A DNA stretch of 64,000 bases from the NCBI GenBank assembly GCA_965221215.1, contig OZ244872.1, forward strand, positions 3,030,340 through 3,094,339, given 5' to 3'. Under the pieces are notes generated by a model. The model did not search any database. It was not told the origin of the DNA and saw nothing but the letters and a program-made list of their open reading frames with translations. Position 1 is the first letter of the stretch. Every line of letters starts with the position of its first letter. Below are positions 24,694 to 34,102 of this stretch, in pieces. Position numbers and translations under genes: made by a program. Origin of the DNA: Candidatus Aldehydirespirator sp. GTDB taxonomy: Bacteria > Actinomycetota > Acidimicrobiia > Acidimicrobiales > Aldehydirespiratoraceae.

Positions 24694-25487
24694 TGGCCCA
24701 GCTCGTGGGAGCGGCGGGTGGCTGCGGCGACCGTCCGATCGACGAGATCCATGAGGTCGGCCTCGTCGAGCACGGCCAATCCGGCTGCGGTGGTGCCGCC
24801 GGGGGAGGTGACGTTCTCGCGCAGGCGGCCTGGATCCTCTCCCGACTCGACCAGCAGGGTGGCCGCCCCGAGCAGGGTCTGGCGCACCAGCCCGTCGGCT
24901 ACCGCCGGGTCGAGACCCTGGGCGACGCCTGCGGCCCGCAGCGCCTCAGCCAGTCGGAACACGTAGGCGGGACCGCTGCCCGACAGGCCGGTCACCGCGT
25001 CGAGGTCGGCCTCGTCCACCACCGCCACCGTCCCCACCGCCTCGAGGATGCTTCGGGCCCATGCCAGGTCGTCGCCCCCGGCCGCCGACCCGCCCGCGAT
25101 GGCGGCTGCGCCCACCCCAACCAGCGCGGGCGTATTGGGCATGGCCCGCACCACCGGAGTCTTCGCCGGCAACCCGGCCTCGATGGCCCCAGTGCGCACC
25201 CCCGCCGCGATCGAAAGCACCCGGGGCGCGGCAGCCGCCGCCAGGGCGGGCAGCACCGCGGCCACCACATCGGGCTTCACCGCGATTACCGCGTCGATCC
25301 CAAGGACCGGTTCGTCCGCGACCGACACGCCGCTGACGGTGTTGGCCAAGGCCGTCCGCCGGGCCGGGTCGGGCTCCACCACATGAAGCTCGCCGGCCGC
25401 AGCCCAGCCGCTCGACACCAGTCCCCCCAGCAGGGCCTCGCCCATTTTGCCGCCGCCGATCACCTGCAACCGGGCCATGAGCGCCAT
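24690..25487 (-). CDS. proC: Pyrroline-5-carboxylate reductase
   Basis: IGGGKMGEAL, RAMPNTPALVG, SGSGPAYVF, VTSPGGTT. The start is uncertain (25487 or 25478). Confidence 0.9.
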   Translation of the reverse strand: MALMARLQVIGGGKMGEALLGGLVSSGWAAAGELHVVEPDPARRTALANTVSGVSVADEPVLGIDAVIAVKPDVVAAVLPALAAAAAPRVLSIAAGVRTGAIEAGLPAKTPVVRAMPNTPALVGVGAAAIAGGSAAGGDDLAWARSILEAVGTVAVVDEADLDAVTGLSGSGPAYVFRLAEALRAAGVAQGLDPAVADGLVRQTLLGAATLLVESGEDPGRLRENVTSPGGTTAAGLAVLDEADLMDLVDRTVAAATRRSHELGQ

Positions 25488-25489
25488 GC

Positions 25490-25520
25490 TAAAGGGCTGA
25501 GCGAGTAGGCGAGACGCACG
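25490..25520 (+). repeat. DR family, copy G (short left-end fragment, weak)
   Basis: taaagggctgagcgagtaggcgagacgcacg, compared with the DR left end gaggccgagcgggtaggcgagcgattcc. Confidence 0.4.
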
Positions 25521-25660
25521 TCCTTGCTGAGCCACTGTCATAGGGCTGTACAAACATCCGTATAGCAGCGCCTTCGGAGTCGAGGGAGTGTGCAAGTCCG
25601 GAGAGCCGAAGGTCAACGGCGTTGGAGCCGTTCACGGCGTCCCCTCTCGGGAGTCAGAGA

Positions 25661-27325
25661 ATGCAATACTCCACCCAGATGACACTGACCGAAGTCGAGG
25701 CGTCGTTCCAGGCCCCACAGTCTGGGGATCTTGGCGACGAGCGATCCCTCGCCGCAGCCGCTTGGGCGATGGCCAAGCACGGTGCCCTGGCCACGCTCTC
25801 CCAACCCGAGTCGAGTCTGCTTGCAGTGTCAGGGCTCGTGGAGCGGCCGTCCAGGGTCGCCGGGTTGGCCGAGTTGGTTCGCGGGGGAGATGACCCTTTG
25901 GGAGAGGCTTTCGCGCGCGTGCGCCCGGCTCCGCAGCGGCGACTGCTCGGAGCGACCTACACGCCTCCTGAGATCGTGTCTGCAATGGTGGCGTGGATCG
26001 CCGCACACCATCGCCCCTCTCGTGTCGTCGACCCGGGGACCGGTTCAGCCCGGTTCTTGTTGGCGGCAGGCCGTGCCTTTCCGGACGCGGCGTTGGTGGG
26101 GGTTGAGATCGACCCGCTAGCGGCTCTCATCGCGCGAGCGAATTTGACCGCCGCCGGTCTTGACCACCGGTCGCGCATCGTCGTGGCCGACTACCGGACC
26201 GCCGACATCGGCGATTGCGGTGGCTCGACCGCCTTTGTGGGCAATCCGCCCTACGTCCGGCACCATCAGATCGGACCTGAGGGCAAGCAGTGGCTCGCCG
26301 ACGGAGCGGCGCGCCTTGGCTTGAGAGCGAACGGCCTCGCAGGTCTGCACGCACATTTTCTGGTGGCCACCGCTCTGCGTGTCCGCCGGGGCGATGTGGG
26401 ATCGTTCGTGACTTCAGCGGAGTGGCTCGACGTGAACTACGGGCAGCTGCTGCGAGAGTTGATAGCGAAACAACTCGGCGGGGTGTCGATCCACCTGGTC
26501 GCCCCCGAGGCAAACCCCTTCAGCGACGCTGCCACGACCGCGGCTGTGACCTGCTTCGAAGTCGGGACCTCGAGGTCCTCGATCCGCCTCAAGCGCGTCC
26601 CAGACACAGTCGGATTGAGAGCCCTCGACGACGGAGTGCGGCTTAGCCGCAAACGGCTCTGCAAGGAACCCCGCTGGACTCCCCTGCTCGACGGCACTCC
26701 GAAGCCTCCCGACGGCTACGTCGAGCTCGGCGAGCTGTGTCGAGTGCATCGCGGCGCGGTGACCGGCGCGAACAAGACCTGGATCACCGACCCCTCCAAT
26801 CCTGCGCTCCCCCCGGCCGTGCTGTTCCCCGCCATCACCCGTGCCCGCGAGCTGTTCGATGCGCCCAACGGAGTGCTGGGCACCGCACGCAATCTCCAGG
26901 CAGTTATCGACCTGCCCGCGGACCTCGACCTGCTCGACAAGGCCGACAGAGCCCGCATCGAGAGCTTCTTGCGGGCGGCGCGGCGCGGAGGCATCCAAAC
27001 CGGATACGTCGCCCGGCACCGCAACCCGTGGTGGCGGGTGCGGCTCAAGGAGCCAGCGCCGATCCTCGCGACCTACATGGCTCGACGCCCGCCGGCCTTC
27101 GTGCGCAACACAGCCGCGGTGCGCCATGTGAACGTGGCGCACGGCATCTACCCGCGCGAGGACATGTCCACGTCCACGCTGGATGCGCTCGCGTCTGCAT
27201 TGCGCGCTGCGGCACCCGCCGCGGTTGGGCGCACATACGCAGGCGGGCTCGTCAAGTTCGAGCCCTCGGAGATGGCGCGCATCTACGTGCCGGACCCTGA
27301 GACGCTCGAAGCAATGGCAGCGTGA
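25661..27325 (+). CDS. N6-adenine DNA methyltransferase (gamma class, Eco57I-like methylase domain)
   Basis: TYTPPEIV, motif I VVDPGTGSARFLL, motif IV FVGNPPYV. GGGAG lies 8 nt upstream of ATG 25661; the listed TTG at 25622 is less likely. Confidence 0.8.
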   Translation: MQYSTQMTLTEVEASFQAPQSGDLGDERSLAAAAWAMAKHGALATLSQPESSLLAVSGLVERPSRVAGLAELVRGGDDPLGEAFARVRPAPQRRLLGATYTPPEIVSAMVAWIAAHHRPSRVVDPGTGSARFLLAAGRAFPDAALVGVEIDPLAALIARANLTAAGLDHRSRIVVADYRTADIGDCGGSTAFVGNPPYVRHHQIGPEGKQWLADGAARLGLRANGLAGLHAHFLVATALRVRRGDVGSFVTSAEWLDVNYGQLLRELIAKQLGGVSIHLVAPEANPFSDAATTAAVTCFEVGTSRSSIRLKRVPDTVGLRALDDGVRLSRKRLCKEPRWTPLLDGTPKPPDGYVELGELCRVHRGAVTGANKTWITDPSNPALPPAVLFPAITRARELFDAPNGVLGTARNLQAVIDLPADLDLLDKADRARIESFLRAARRGGIQTGYVARHRNPWWRVRLKEPAPILATYMARRPPAFVRNTAAVRHVNVAHGIYPREDMSTSTLDALASALRAAAPAAVGRTYAGGLVKFEPSEMARIYVPDPETLEAMAA

Positions 27326-28242
27326 ACCGGCCAGAACCACCGCGTTGGAGTCTGAACGAGTTCCAGCGGGACCTAGACCGTGCGGTCGAGATCTTCCGGG
27401 CTCGCAGACTCAGGGAGCCCGTCGAGCAATACCGCGAAGACTTCGACCGTGCAGTAGGCCGCATCAAGGACCTCATGGCCAAGACCGGCAACCTTGCCGA
27501 GGCGCCGACTGGCGAGTCGCCTGAGGCACTGGAACTCTTGACAGACCCGGAGATGCGAGCCGCCCTGCGGTACCTTGCCGGCCCGCCAATCTCCGAGGAC
27601 GACCTGAAGACCCTGGCGGACATCCCATCTCTCGCGCCGAGCCGGCTGGCCAGCGACGCTACGGCGGCAACGCGGATCATGGAAGTGATTCACGAGAGTC
27701 TCGACACGAGGCGCTTCCCGTGGATGCAAGATCGGAGTTCGCCCGGCGAGAAGGAGATGTACGCCGCGGTGGTGGCGTCTGCGAGCCTCATGGCCGCGCA
27801 GCGCGTGCAGACATTCCGCCGACACGCGGACAAGGGCTACCAGGAAGGGCGCATCCAGCGATATCTGCGCCTGATTGGACTCAAGCAGGTGAACCCGCGG
27901 CCGATCCCCACGATTCGCGAAGCTCCCAATCCCGGCGAGTTCTGCGGCGAGTGCCAGCTAGGCCAAAGGAAGGCCGACATCGTGATCGGCCTCGCAGACG
28001 GTCGCATCATGCCGGTTGAGTGCAAGGTCTCCAACTCAGCGCTCAATTCGGTCAAGCGCCTCAACAACGATGCGGCCGCAAAGGCAGACCAGTGGATCGT
28101 CGCCTTCGGCAAGGACCAAGTCGTGCCCAGCGCCCTGCTCGCCGGAGTCTTCAAGCTCCACAACCTGGAGGCCGCACAGAAAGCCGGGCTAACGATCTTC
28201 TGGTCGCACAGGCTCAAGCCGCTCGGACAGTTCGTCCACTGA
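27322..28242 (+). CDS. Type II restriction endonuclease, XamI-like (PD-(D/E)XK)
   Basis: Translationally coupled to the methylase (the GTG overlaps the TGA). Candidate catalytic core KADIVIGLADGRIMPVECKVSNSALNSVKRLNN (D...ExK). The XamI-family call is from memory of the family signature and has not been searched. Confidence 0.6.
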   Translation: MNRPEPPRWSLNEFQRDLDRAVEIFRARRLREPVEQYREDFDRAVGRIKDLMAKTGNLAEAPTGESPEALELLTDPEMRAALRYLAGPPISEDDLKTLADIPSLAPSRLASDATAATRIMEVIHESLDTRRFPWMQDRSSPGEKEMYAAVVASASLMAAQRVQTFRRHADKGYQEGRIQRYLRLIGLKQVNPRPIPTIREAPNPGEFCGECQLGQRKADIVIGLADGRIMPVECKVSNSALNSVKRLNNDAAAKADQWIVAFGKDQVVPSALLAGVFKLHNLEAAQKAGLTIFWSHRLKPLGQFVH

Positions 28243-28272
28243 CGGGCCTCGCACCCGCTCGTGCTTGCTCTT

Positions 28273-28406
28273 GGAGGCCGAGCGGGTAGGCGAGCGATTC
28301 CGGCCCATACGGGTGAGGCCGTGGCTATGGGCGACCCGTGAGCGCAGCGAACAAGAGCGGGAATGACCCCGCTGCGACGCGACCGGCTCGCACCTATTTT
28401 GCGCGC
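28273..28406 (+). repeat. DR family, copy B (full length)
   Basis: ggaggccgagcgggtaggcgagcgattccggcccatacgggtgaggccgtggctatgggcgacccgtgagcgcagcgaacaagagcgggaatgaccccgctgcgacgcgaccggctcgcacctattttgcgcgc. Confidence 0.9.
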
Positions 28407-28420
28407 CCCATAACGGAGTT

Positions 28421-29311
28421 CTAACGGTGGGCGGTGGTGATTTGGACGTCGCGGCGTATCACTCCGGCCAGTGCCGCTATCACGATCACCCCGCCCGCGA
28501 CCTGCGCCACCTTGATCGGCTCGTCCAGGAAGAAGACAGCCAGAACCATGGTGATCGGGGGAGCGCCGAGCAGGGCCACCGACGAGACGGTGATCCGCAC
28601 ATGGTTGTGGGCCCAGTTCATCAGCAGGTGTCCCGTGCCCGGCACGGCGATGAGCGATGCCACCCACAGCCAAGCGGTCGTGTCGGGCAGGGCCAGGCCG
28701 CCGCCGGTGAGCACCGCGGGCGGGGTCACCACGATCAGGGCGACGATCCAGGTGACCGCTTGGAACTCCAGGGTGCCGATCTGCGGGCGGGCCTCCTTGG
28801 CGAAGGCCAGCTGCCCCGAGAACAGCAGCAGGGCCACCACGGCCAGCCCGTCGCCGCGCAGGCTCCAAGTGGGCACCGAGGCCGAGCCGAACAGCACCAG
28901 CGCGGTGCCGCCGAGGGCGGCCGCCACCAGCGCCAGCAGCTTGAGCGAGACCGGCTCCGCGAACCGGCGCATCGCCGGCCAGATCAACACCACCGGCACC
29001 AGTGACACGATCATGGCCACATTGGTGACGGTGGTGGACTTGATGGCCTCGTAGAAGGCGATGTACCATAGCCCGAGCATCAAGGCCGACGGCAGGCAGG
29101 CCCGGAACTGGGCGACCGTCACCCGGCGGCGCCGGGCCGCCACCACCGTCGTGTAGATCAGCGCGCTGAGCGCCAGCCGCCAGAAGGCCAGCTGCGCGGA
29201 GTCCAGGTCCACCTGCCGCACCAGGATGTTGCCGGTCCCCCAGCACGCCACCGCGCCGATGACCGCGGCCAGTCCCGCAAGATGCCGGTCGGCGGGAGCG
29301 GACGCGGTCAC
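28421..29311 (-). CDS. EamA/DMT-superfamily transporter
   Basis: 296 aa with ten predicted hydrophobic segments and a duplicated EamA-type architecture. Confidence 0.8.
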   Translation of the reverse strand: MTASAPADRHLAGLAAVIGAVACWGTGNILVRQVDLDSAQLAFWRLALSALIYTTVVAARRRRVTVAQFRACLPSALMLGLWYIAFYEAIKSTTVTNVAMIVSLVPVVLIWPAMRRFAEPVSLKLLALVAAALGGTALVLFGSASVPTWSLRGDGLAVVALLLFSGQLAFAKEARPQIGTLEFQAVTWIVALIVVTPPAVLTGGGLALPDTTAWLWVASLIAVPGTGHLLMNWAHNHVRITVSSVALLGAPPITMVLAVFFLDEPIKVAQVAGGVIVIAALAGVIRRDVQITTAHR

Positions 29312-29346
29312 AGGAGGTACCCTCGCCCGCTCGGGCCGGTGCTCGG

Positions 29347-29437
29347 GCTCTTGTTCGCTGCGCTCACGGGCCGCTCGGGCCGCGGCAGGGCCTCGCCCGC
29401 GTGAACCGGATTCGCTCGCCTATCCGCTCAGCTCGGC
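29347..29437 (-). repeat. DR family, copy C (left two-thirds, inverted relative to copy B)
   Basis: The reverse complement reads gagccgagctgagcggataggcgagcgaatccggttcacgcgggcgaggccctgccgcggcccgagcggcccgtgagcgcagcgaacaagagc. It abuts the stop of the GmaS-like gene. Confidence 0.8.
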
Positions 29438-30805
29438 TCAGAACAGGGTCAGGTACTGGTCGACCTCGCCTGCGGTGACCACATGGTGGTGGGCCAGGAA
29501 CTCGTCGCGCTTCACCTTCACGTAGTAGTCGCGGTAGGGGCCCTCGGCCGTGTCGCCCAGCCCGGCGCCGATCACATCGTTGGCAGCGAGCCGGTCGGCG
29601 GCGTGCAGCAGCGTGGGCGGCAGGGTCTCGATGCCCTTGGCCGCCACCTGCTCGGCCGACAGCGTGAACAGGTTGTCGGTGTTGGGCTCGCCCGGATCGA
29701 GGCCGCGGTCGAGTCCGTCGAGTCCGCAGGCCAGCATGGCCGCGAACATCAGGTACGGGTTGGCCGCGCCGTCGCCGAGGCGGACCTCGATGCGGTCCGG
29801 CTCGGGCACCCGGATCATCTGGGTGCGGTTGTTGCCGCCGTAGGCCGCGTAGGCCGGCGCCCAGGTGGCCCCCGAGGTGGGCGCGCCCACCCCCATGCGC
29901 TTGTAGGAGTTGACGATGGGGCAGGCCACCGCCACCAGCGACGAGGCGTGCTCGAGGAGGCCGCCCACGAACTTGTAGGCGGTGTCGCTGAGGCCCAGCC
30001 CCTGGGTGTCTTCGCCGCCGGGACCGCCGCCGATGAACAGCGGCTCGTCGGCGTCGCCCGACCACAGGCTGAGATGGACGTGCAGGCCGTTGCCGGTCTT
30101 GTCGGCGAACGGCTTGGGCATGAACGTGGCGTAGCGGCCGTCGCGCTGGGCCAGGGTGTGGACCATCAGCCGGAACAGGATCAGCCGGTCGGCGGTGGTG
30201 AGCGCGTCGGAGTACTGCCAGTTCTGCTCGTACTGGCCGTTGGCGTCCTCGTGGTCGTTGGCGTAATTGCCCCAGCCCATAGCGTCGAGGTTCTTGGACA
30301 CCGCGGTGAGGTGGGGCAGCATCCTGGTGAGGCCCTTGGCGTCGTAGCAGGGCAGCGCCATGGTGTCGCGGTCGTCGGCCACCGAGATGGCGCCGTCGTC
30401 GTTGCGCACCACCAGCGAGTACTCGGCCTCGACGCCGCACTTGAGCACCAGGTTGCGCTCGGCGGCGGCATCGAGGGCCCGGCGCAGGATCACCCTCGGC
30501 GCGTAGGGCCAGAGCTCGCCCTCCACGGTGGGGTCGCACTGCATGGCGGCCACGTTGGGCTGCCACGGAAGCTGCGTGTACGACGCCGGGTCGGGCAGGG
30601 CGAGGATGTCGGGGCTGGACGGGTCCTGGCCCATGGGGCCGGCCGCGAACCCGGCGAACCCGGCCCCGTCGCTCATCAGCGCCTCGAGGGCGCCGACGGG
30701 CACCAGCTTGGCGCACGGCTTGCCGTGCATCTCCACGAACATGGCGTAGATGAACTCCACGCCGTCGGCCTCCACCCGGCCCCGGATCTCATCGAGCGCG
30801 CTCAT
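29438..30805 (-). CDS. Glutamine synthetase family protein, candidate gamma-glutamylmethylamide synthetase (GmaS-like)
   Basis: 455 aa counted from ATG 30805, with GGGGGAA upstream. It has the GS beta-grasp and catalytic domains (KCGVEAEYSLV, GNGLHVHLSLW, NRTQMIRVP) and lies divergent from the three glutamate-synthase-like subunit genes. Confidence 0.7.
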   Translation of the reverse strand: MSALDEIRGRVEADGVEFIYAMFVEMHGKPCAKLVPVGALEALMSDGAGFAGFAAGPMGQDPSSPDILALPDPASYTQLPWQPNVAAMQCDPTVEGELWPYAPRVILRRALDAAAERNLVLKCGVEAEYSLVVRNDDGAISVADDRDTMALPCYDAKGLTRMLPHLTAVSKNLDAMGWGNYANDHEDANGQYEQNWQYSDALTTADRLILFRLMVHTLAQRDGRYATFMPKPFADKTGNGLHVHLSLWSGDADEPLFIGGGPGGEDTQGLGLSDTAYKFVGGLLEHASSLVAVACPIVNSYKRMGVGAPTSGATWAPAYAAYGGNNRTQMIRVPEPDRIEVRLGDGAANPYLMFAAMLACGLDGLDRGLDPGEPNTDNLFTLSAEQVAAKGIETLPPTLLHAADRLAANDVIGAGLGDTAEGPYRDYYVKVKRDEFLAHHHVVTAGEVDQYLTLF

Positions 30806-30957
30806 GGTTCCCCCTGTGTCTCGGCTGGGTCGCGGCAGCCGAGAGTAGTCAAGCATCCCCACCCATGGGAATCGAGCCGGTCTGCGGTCGGTGGTGCGCC
30901 GGGCGCTACGGTGCGGGCCGAACTTCGCCGGACAGGGGGTTTCGGGGGACAAGCGGC

Positions 30958-31857
30958 ATGTGCGGCATCGTTGGACTGTTCTGCAAGACCGAGACCCACC
31001 GCCACGAACTGGGCCGGCTGACCGCGGTGATGCTGCGGGAGATGCGCGACCGCGGCCCCGACAGCGCCGGCTTCGCGTCGTATGACCCCGGTGAGCCCGG
31101 CCGCACCCGCATCACCGTGCTGGCCGAGGGCGTCGAGGTGGACTGGGGCGCGGTGGCGGCTGCGCTGGAGGACGTGCTGGACGCGGCGTTGACGGTGCGG
31201 GCGGTGCACGACCACGCCGTGCTCTCCACTGACGGCGACGGCCGGGCCGCCCGCCAATGGATCATCGACAACGTGGTCGGGGCGACGGTGCTGAGCTACG
31301 GCGTCCAGATCGAGCTGTACAAGGCGGTGGGCGATCCCGACCTGGTGGCCGAGCGCTACGACCTAGCCTCCCGCACCGGCACCCACGCCCTGGCCCACAC
31401 CCGCATGGCCACCGAGTCGGCCGTCACCACCCGGGGATCGCATCCGTTCGCCACCGGCGCCGACACCTGTCTGGTGCACAACGGGTCGCTGTCCAACCAC
31501 AATCGGCTGCGGCGCCACCTGGAGGGCCACGGCGAGTCGTTCCAAACCGAGAACGACTCCGAGGTGGCCGCCGGGTACCTGTCGTGGCGGATCCGCTCCG
31601 GCGACTCCATCTCGCAGGCGCTGGAGGGTGCGCTGAGCGACCTCGACGGGTTCTACACCTTCGCCATCGGGGTGGCCGACGGCTTCGCCATCCTGCGCGA
31701 TCCCATTGCCTGCAAGCCGGCTGTGGTGGCCGAGACCGACGACTGGGTGGCCATGTCGTCAGAGTACCGGGCCATCGCCCGACTGCCGGGCGCCGCCGAT
31801 GCCGAGGTGTGGGAGCCCGAGCCGGCCCGCATCTACACCTGGAGCCTGGCCGCATGA
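30958..31857 (+). CDS. Class II glutamine amidotransferase subunit (GlxB/MgsA-like)
   Basis: N-terminal nucleophile MCGIVG, HTRMATES, HNGSLSNH. Confidence 0.8.
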   Translation: MCGIVGLFCKTETHRHELGRLTAVMLREMRDRGPDSAGFASYDPGEPGRTRITVLAEGVEVDWGAVAAALEDVLDAALTVRAVHDHAVLSTDGDGRAARQWIIDNVVGATVLSYGVQIELYKAVGDPDLVAERYDLASRTGTHALAHTRMATESAVTTRGSHPFATGADTCLVHNGSLSNHNRLRRHLEGHGESFQTENDSEVAAGYLSWRIRSGDSISQALEGALSDLDGFYTFAIGVADGFAILRDPIACKPAVVAETDDWVAMSSEYRAIARLPGAADAEVWEPEPARIYTWSLAA

Positions 31858-32693
31858 GCGGCGTGCGGACCTTCGATCTGTCGGTCGTCACCCGACGCGA
31901 GCTCAACGGCGCCCTGCACGCCGCTGGCGACGACGAGCGCTTCGAGGTGCTCAATCCCCGGGGCGCCCATGCGGTGGCCTGCGGCATCACCACCGACATC
32001 GAGGTGGTGGTGCGGGGCTCGGTGGGTTACTACTGCGGGGGGATGCACCAGCGGGGCCGGGTGCTGGTCGAGGGCAACGCCAGCACCGGCCTGGCCGAGA
32101 ACATCATGTCGGGGACGGTGCGCATCACCGGCAACGCCACCATGTCGGCCGCGGCTACCGGCTGCGGCGGTCTGGTGGTGGTGGGCGGCAACGCCGGCGC
32201 CCGCTGCGGCATCTCCATGAAGGGCGTCGACATCGTGGTGGGCGGCGACGCGGGCCACATGAGCGCATTCATGGCTCAGGCCGGGAACCTGGTGGTGTGC
32301 GGCGACGCGGCCGCCGATCTGGGCGACTCGATCTACGAGGCCCGCATCTTCGTGCGGGGCGACGTGGAGTCGCTCGGAGCCGACTGCGTCGAGAAGGAGA
32401 TGCGCCCCGAGCACCTCCAGACGCTGGCCCGGCTGCTGGCCGCGGCCGCTCCCACCGTCGAGGGGGCCGACCCGGCCGAGTTTCGCCGCTACGGCTCGGC
32501 TCGCCGCCTCTACAACTTCACCATCGACGATGTGGACGCCCTAGCCCGAGCGGCCCGTGAGCGCAGCGAACATGAGCGGGAAAACACGGCCCGAGCGGCC
32601 CGTGAGCGCAGCGAACATGAGCGGGAATACCCGGCCCGAGCGGCCGGTGAGCGCAGCGAAGGTGAGCGGGAAATCCACGAGGCGGCCCGCTGA
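31854..32693 (+). CDS. GXGXG-motif subunit (glutamate synthase alpha C-terminal domain-like, GlxC/MgsB-like) with a repeat-encoded tail
   Basis: ATGA overlap with the upstream gene. Beta-helix repeats (GSVGYYCGGMHQRGRVLVEGNASTGLAENIMSGTVRITGNA...). The last 45+ aa are encoded by three 45-bp DR core units. Confidence 0.8.
   Translation: MSGVRTFDLSVVTRRELNGALHAAGDDERFEVLNPRGAHAVACGITTDIEVVVRGSVGYYCGGMHQRGRVLVEGNASTGLAENIMSGTVRITGNATMSAAATGCGGLVVVGGNAGARCGISMKGVDIVVGGDAGHMSAFMAQAGNLVVCGDAAADLGDSIYEARIFVRGDVESLGADCVEKEMRPEHLQTLARLLAAAAPTVEGADPAEFRRYGSARRLYNFTIDDVDALARAARERSEHERENTARAARERSEHEREYPARAAGERSEGEREIHEAAR
32544..32678 (+). repeat. DR family, copy D: three tandem 45-bp core units inside a CDS
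   Basis: gcccgagcggcccgtgagcgcagcgaacatgagcgggaa... starts at 32544, 32589 and 32634. Each unit translates to ARAARERSEHERENT or a close variant. Confidence 0.9.
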
Positions 32694-34039
32694 TGGCCGA
32701 GCAGTCCGACGGCGGAACCTCCGGCCCCGACTTCTGGCATCTGCGGGAGTCGTACACCTTCGACCGCAACGTGATTGCCGAGATCCGCCGGGCCGCCAAC
32801 ACCGGCATCTACCGGATCCGGGGCTGGGGGGCCAAGCGCCGCCTGCCCACCCTCGACGACCTGGTGTTTTTGGGGGCGTCGATGTCGCGCTATCCGCTGG
32901 AGGGCTACCGGGAGGCCTGCGGCACCGACGTGGTGATCGGCGAGGACCGGGCCGAGCGGCCGGTGCACCTGAAGATCCCGGTCACCATCGCGGGGATGAG
33001 CTTCGGCTCGCTGTCGGCTCAGGCCAAAGAGGCGCTGGGGCGGGGCGCGTCGGCGGCGGGCACGTCCACCACCACCGGCGACGGCGGGATGACCGACGAG
33101 GAGCGCCAGCACTCGGCGACGCTGGTGTACCAGTATCTGCCGTCGCGCTACGGCATGAACCCCGACCATCTGCGGGCCGCCGACGCCATCGAGGTGGTGG
33201 TGGGCCAGGGAGCCAAGCCCGGCGGCGGCGGAATGCTGCTGGGCCAGAAGATCACCGAGCGGGTGGCCGAGATGCGCACCCTGCCCGAGGGGATCGATCA
33301 GCGCTCGGCCTGCCGCCATCCCGACTGGACCGGTCCCGACGATCTGGAGATCAAGATCGGCGAGCTGCGAGAGATCACCGACTGGCAGATTCCGGTCTAT
33401 GTGAAGGTGGGCGCGGCCCGCCCCTACTACGACACTGCGCTGGCGGTGAAGGCCGGCGCCGACGCGGTGGTGGTGGACGGCATGCAGGGCGGCACAGCCG
33501 CCACTCAGGACGTGTTCATCGAGCATGTCGGCATCCCCACGGTGGCCGCTATCGGCGAGTCGGTGCGGGCCCTGCGCGAGCTCGGGGTGCATCGCCGCGA
33601 GGTGAAGCTCATCGTGGCAGGCGGCATCCGCTCGGGCGCCGACGTGGCCAAGGCGCTGGCGCTGGGGGCCGACGCGGCCTCGATCGGCACCGCCGCGCTG
33701 ATCGCCATCGGCGACAACGACCCGGCCCACGAGTCCGAGTACCGGGCGCTGGGCGCCTCGGCCGGATTCTGGGAGGACTTCCAGGCCGGCAACGACCCGG
33801 CCGGGATCACCACCCAGGATCCCGAGCTGTCGGCCCGCCTCGACCCGGTGCTGGCCGGCCGCCGCCTGACCAACTACCTCCAGGTGCTCACCATCGAGAC
33901 CCAGATACTGGCCCGAGCCAACGGCAAGTCCCACGTCTTGAACCTGGAGCCCGAAGACCTGGCCGCGCTCACGGTGGAGGCCGCAGCCATGGCCAAAGTC
34001 CCCCTAGCAGGCACCAACTGGACCCCCGGCACCCCCTAA
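32693..34039 (+). CDS. FMN-dependent glutamate-synthase-domain subunit (GlxD/MgsC-like)
   Basis: Its start overlaps the upstream TGA. TIM-barrel GltS FMN-domain motifs are present (ISAMSFGSL-type IAGMSFGSLS, GQGAKPGGGG, VVVDGMQGGTAA, IVAGGIRSGADV). Confidence 0.8.
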   Translation: MAEQSDGGTSGPDFWHLRESYTFDRNVIAEIRRAANTGIYRIRGWGAKRRLPTLDDLVFLGASMSRYPLEGYREACGTDVVIGEDRAERPVHLKIPVTIAGMSFGSLSAQAKEALGRGASAAGTSTTTGDGGMTDEERQHSATLVYQYLPSRYGMNPDHLRAADAIEVVVGQGAKPGGGGMLLGQKITERVAEMRTLPEGIDQRSACRHPDWTGPDDLEIKIGELREITDWQIPVYVKVGAARPYYDTALAVKAGADAVVVDGMQGGTAATQDVFIEHVGIPTVAAIGESVRALRELGVHRREVKLIVAGGIRSGADVAKALALGADAASIGTAALIAIGDNDPAHESEYRALGASAGFWEDFQAGNDPAGITTQDPELSARLDPVLAGRRLTNYLQVLTIETQILARANGKSHVLNLEPEDLAALTVEAAAMAKVPLAGTNWTPGTP

Positions 34040-34102
34040 TCCCCGCAAACCCAGCCGAAAACGCCCACCGCCACAGTTCGATGTGCAGTTCGGATCCCTT
34101 CC

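Noticed and set aside
25622-25660. TTG start at 25622 for the methylase, and similar 5' extensions of hemA, hemD, the Fe-S protein, the GmaS-like gene and ATPase 2
   Set aside because: Downstream ATG or GTG codons have Shine-Dalgarno-like purine runs, or they align with the canonical N-termini of the families. The extensions are Arg/Pro-rich or run through DR repeat sequence.
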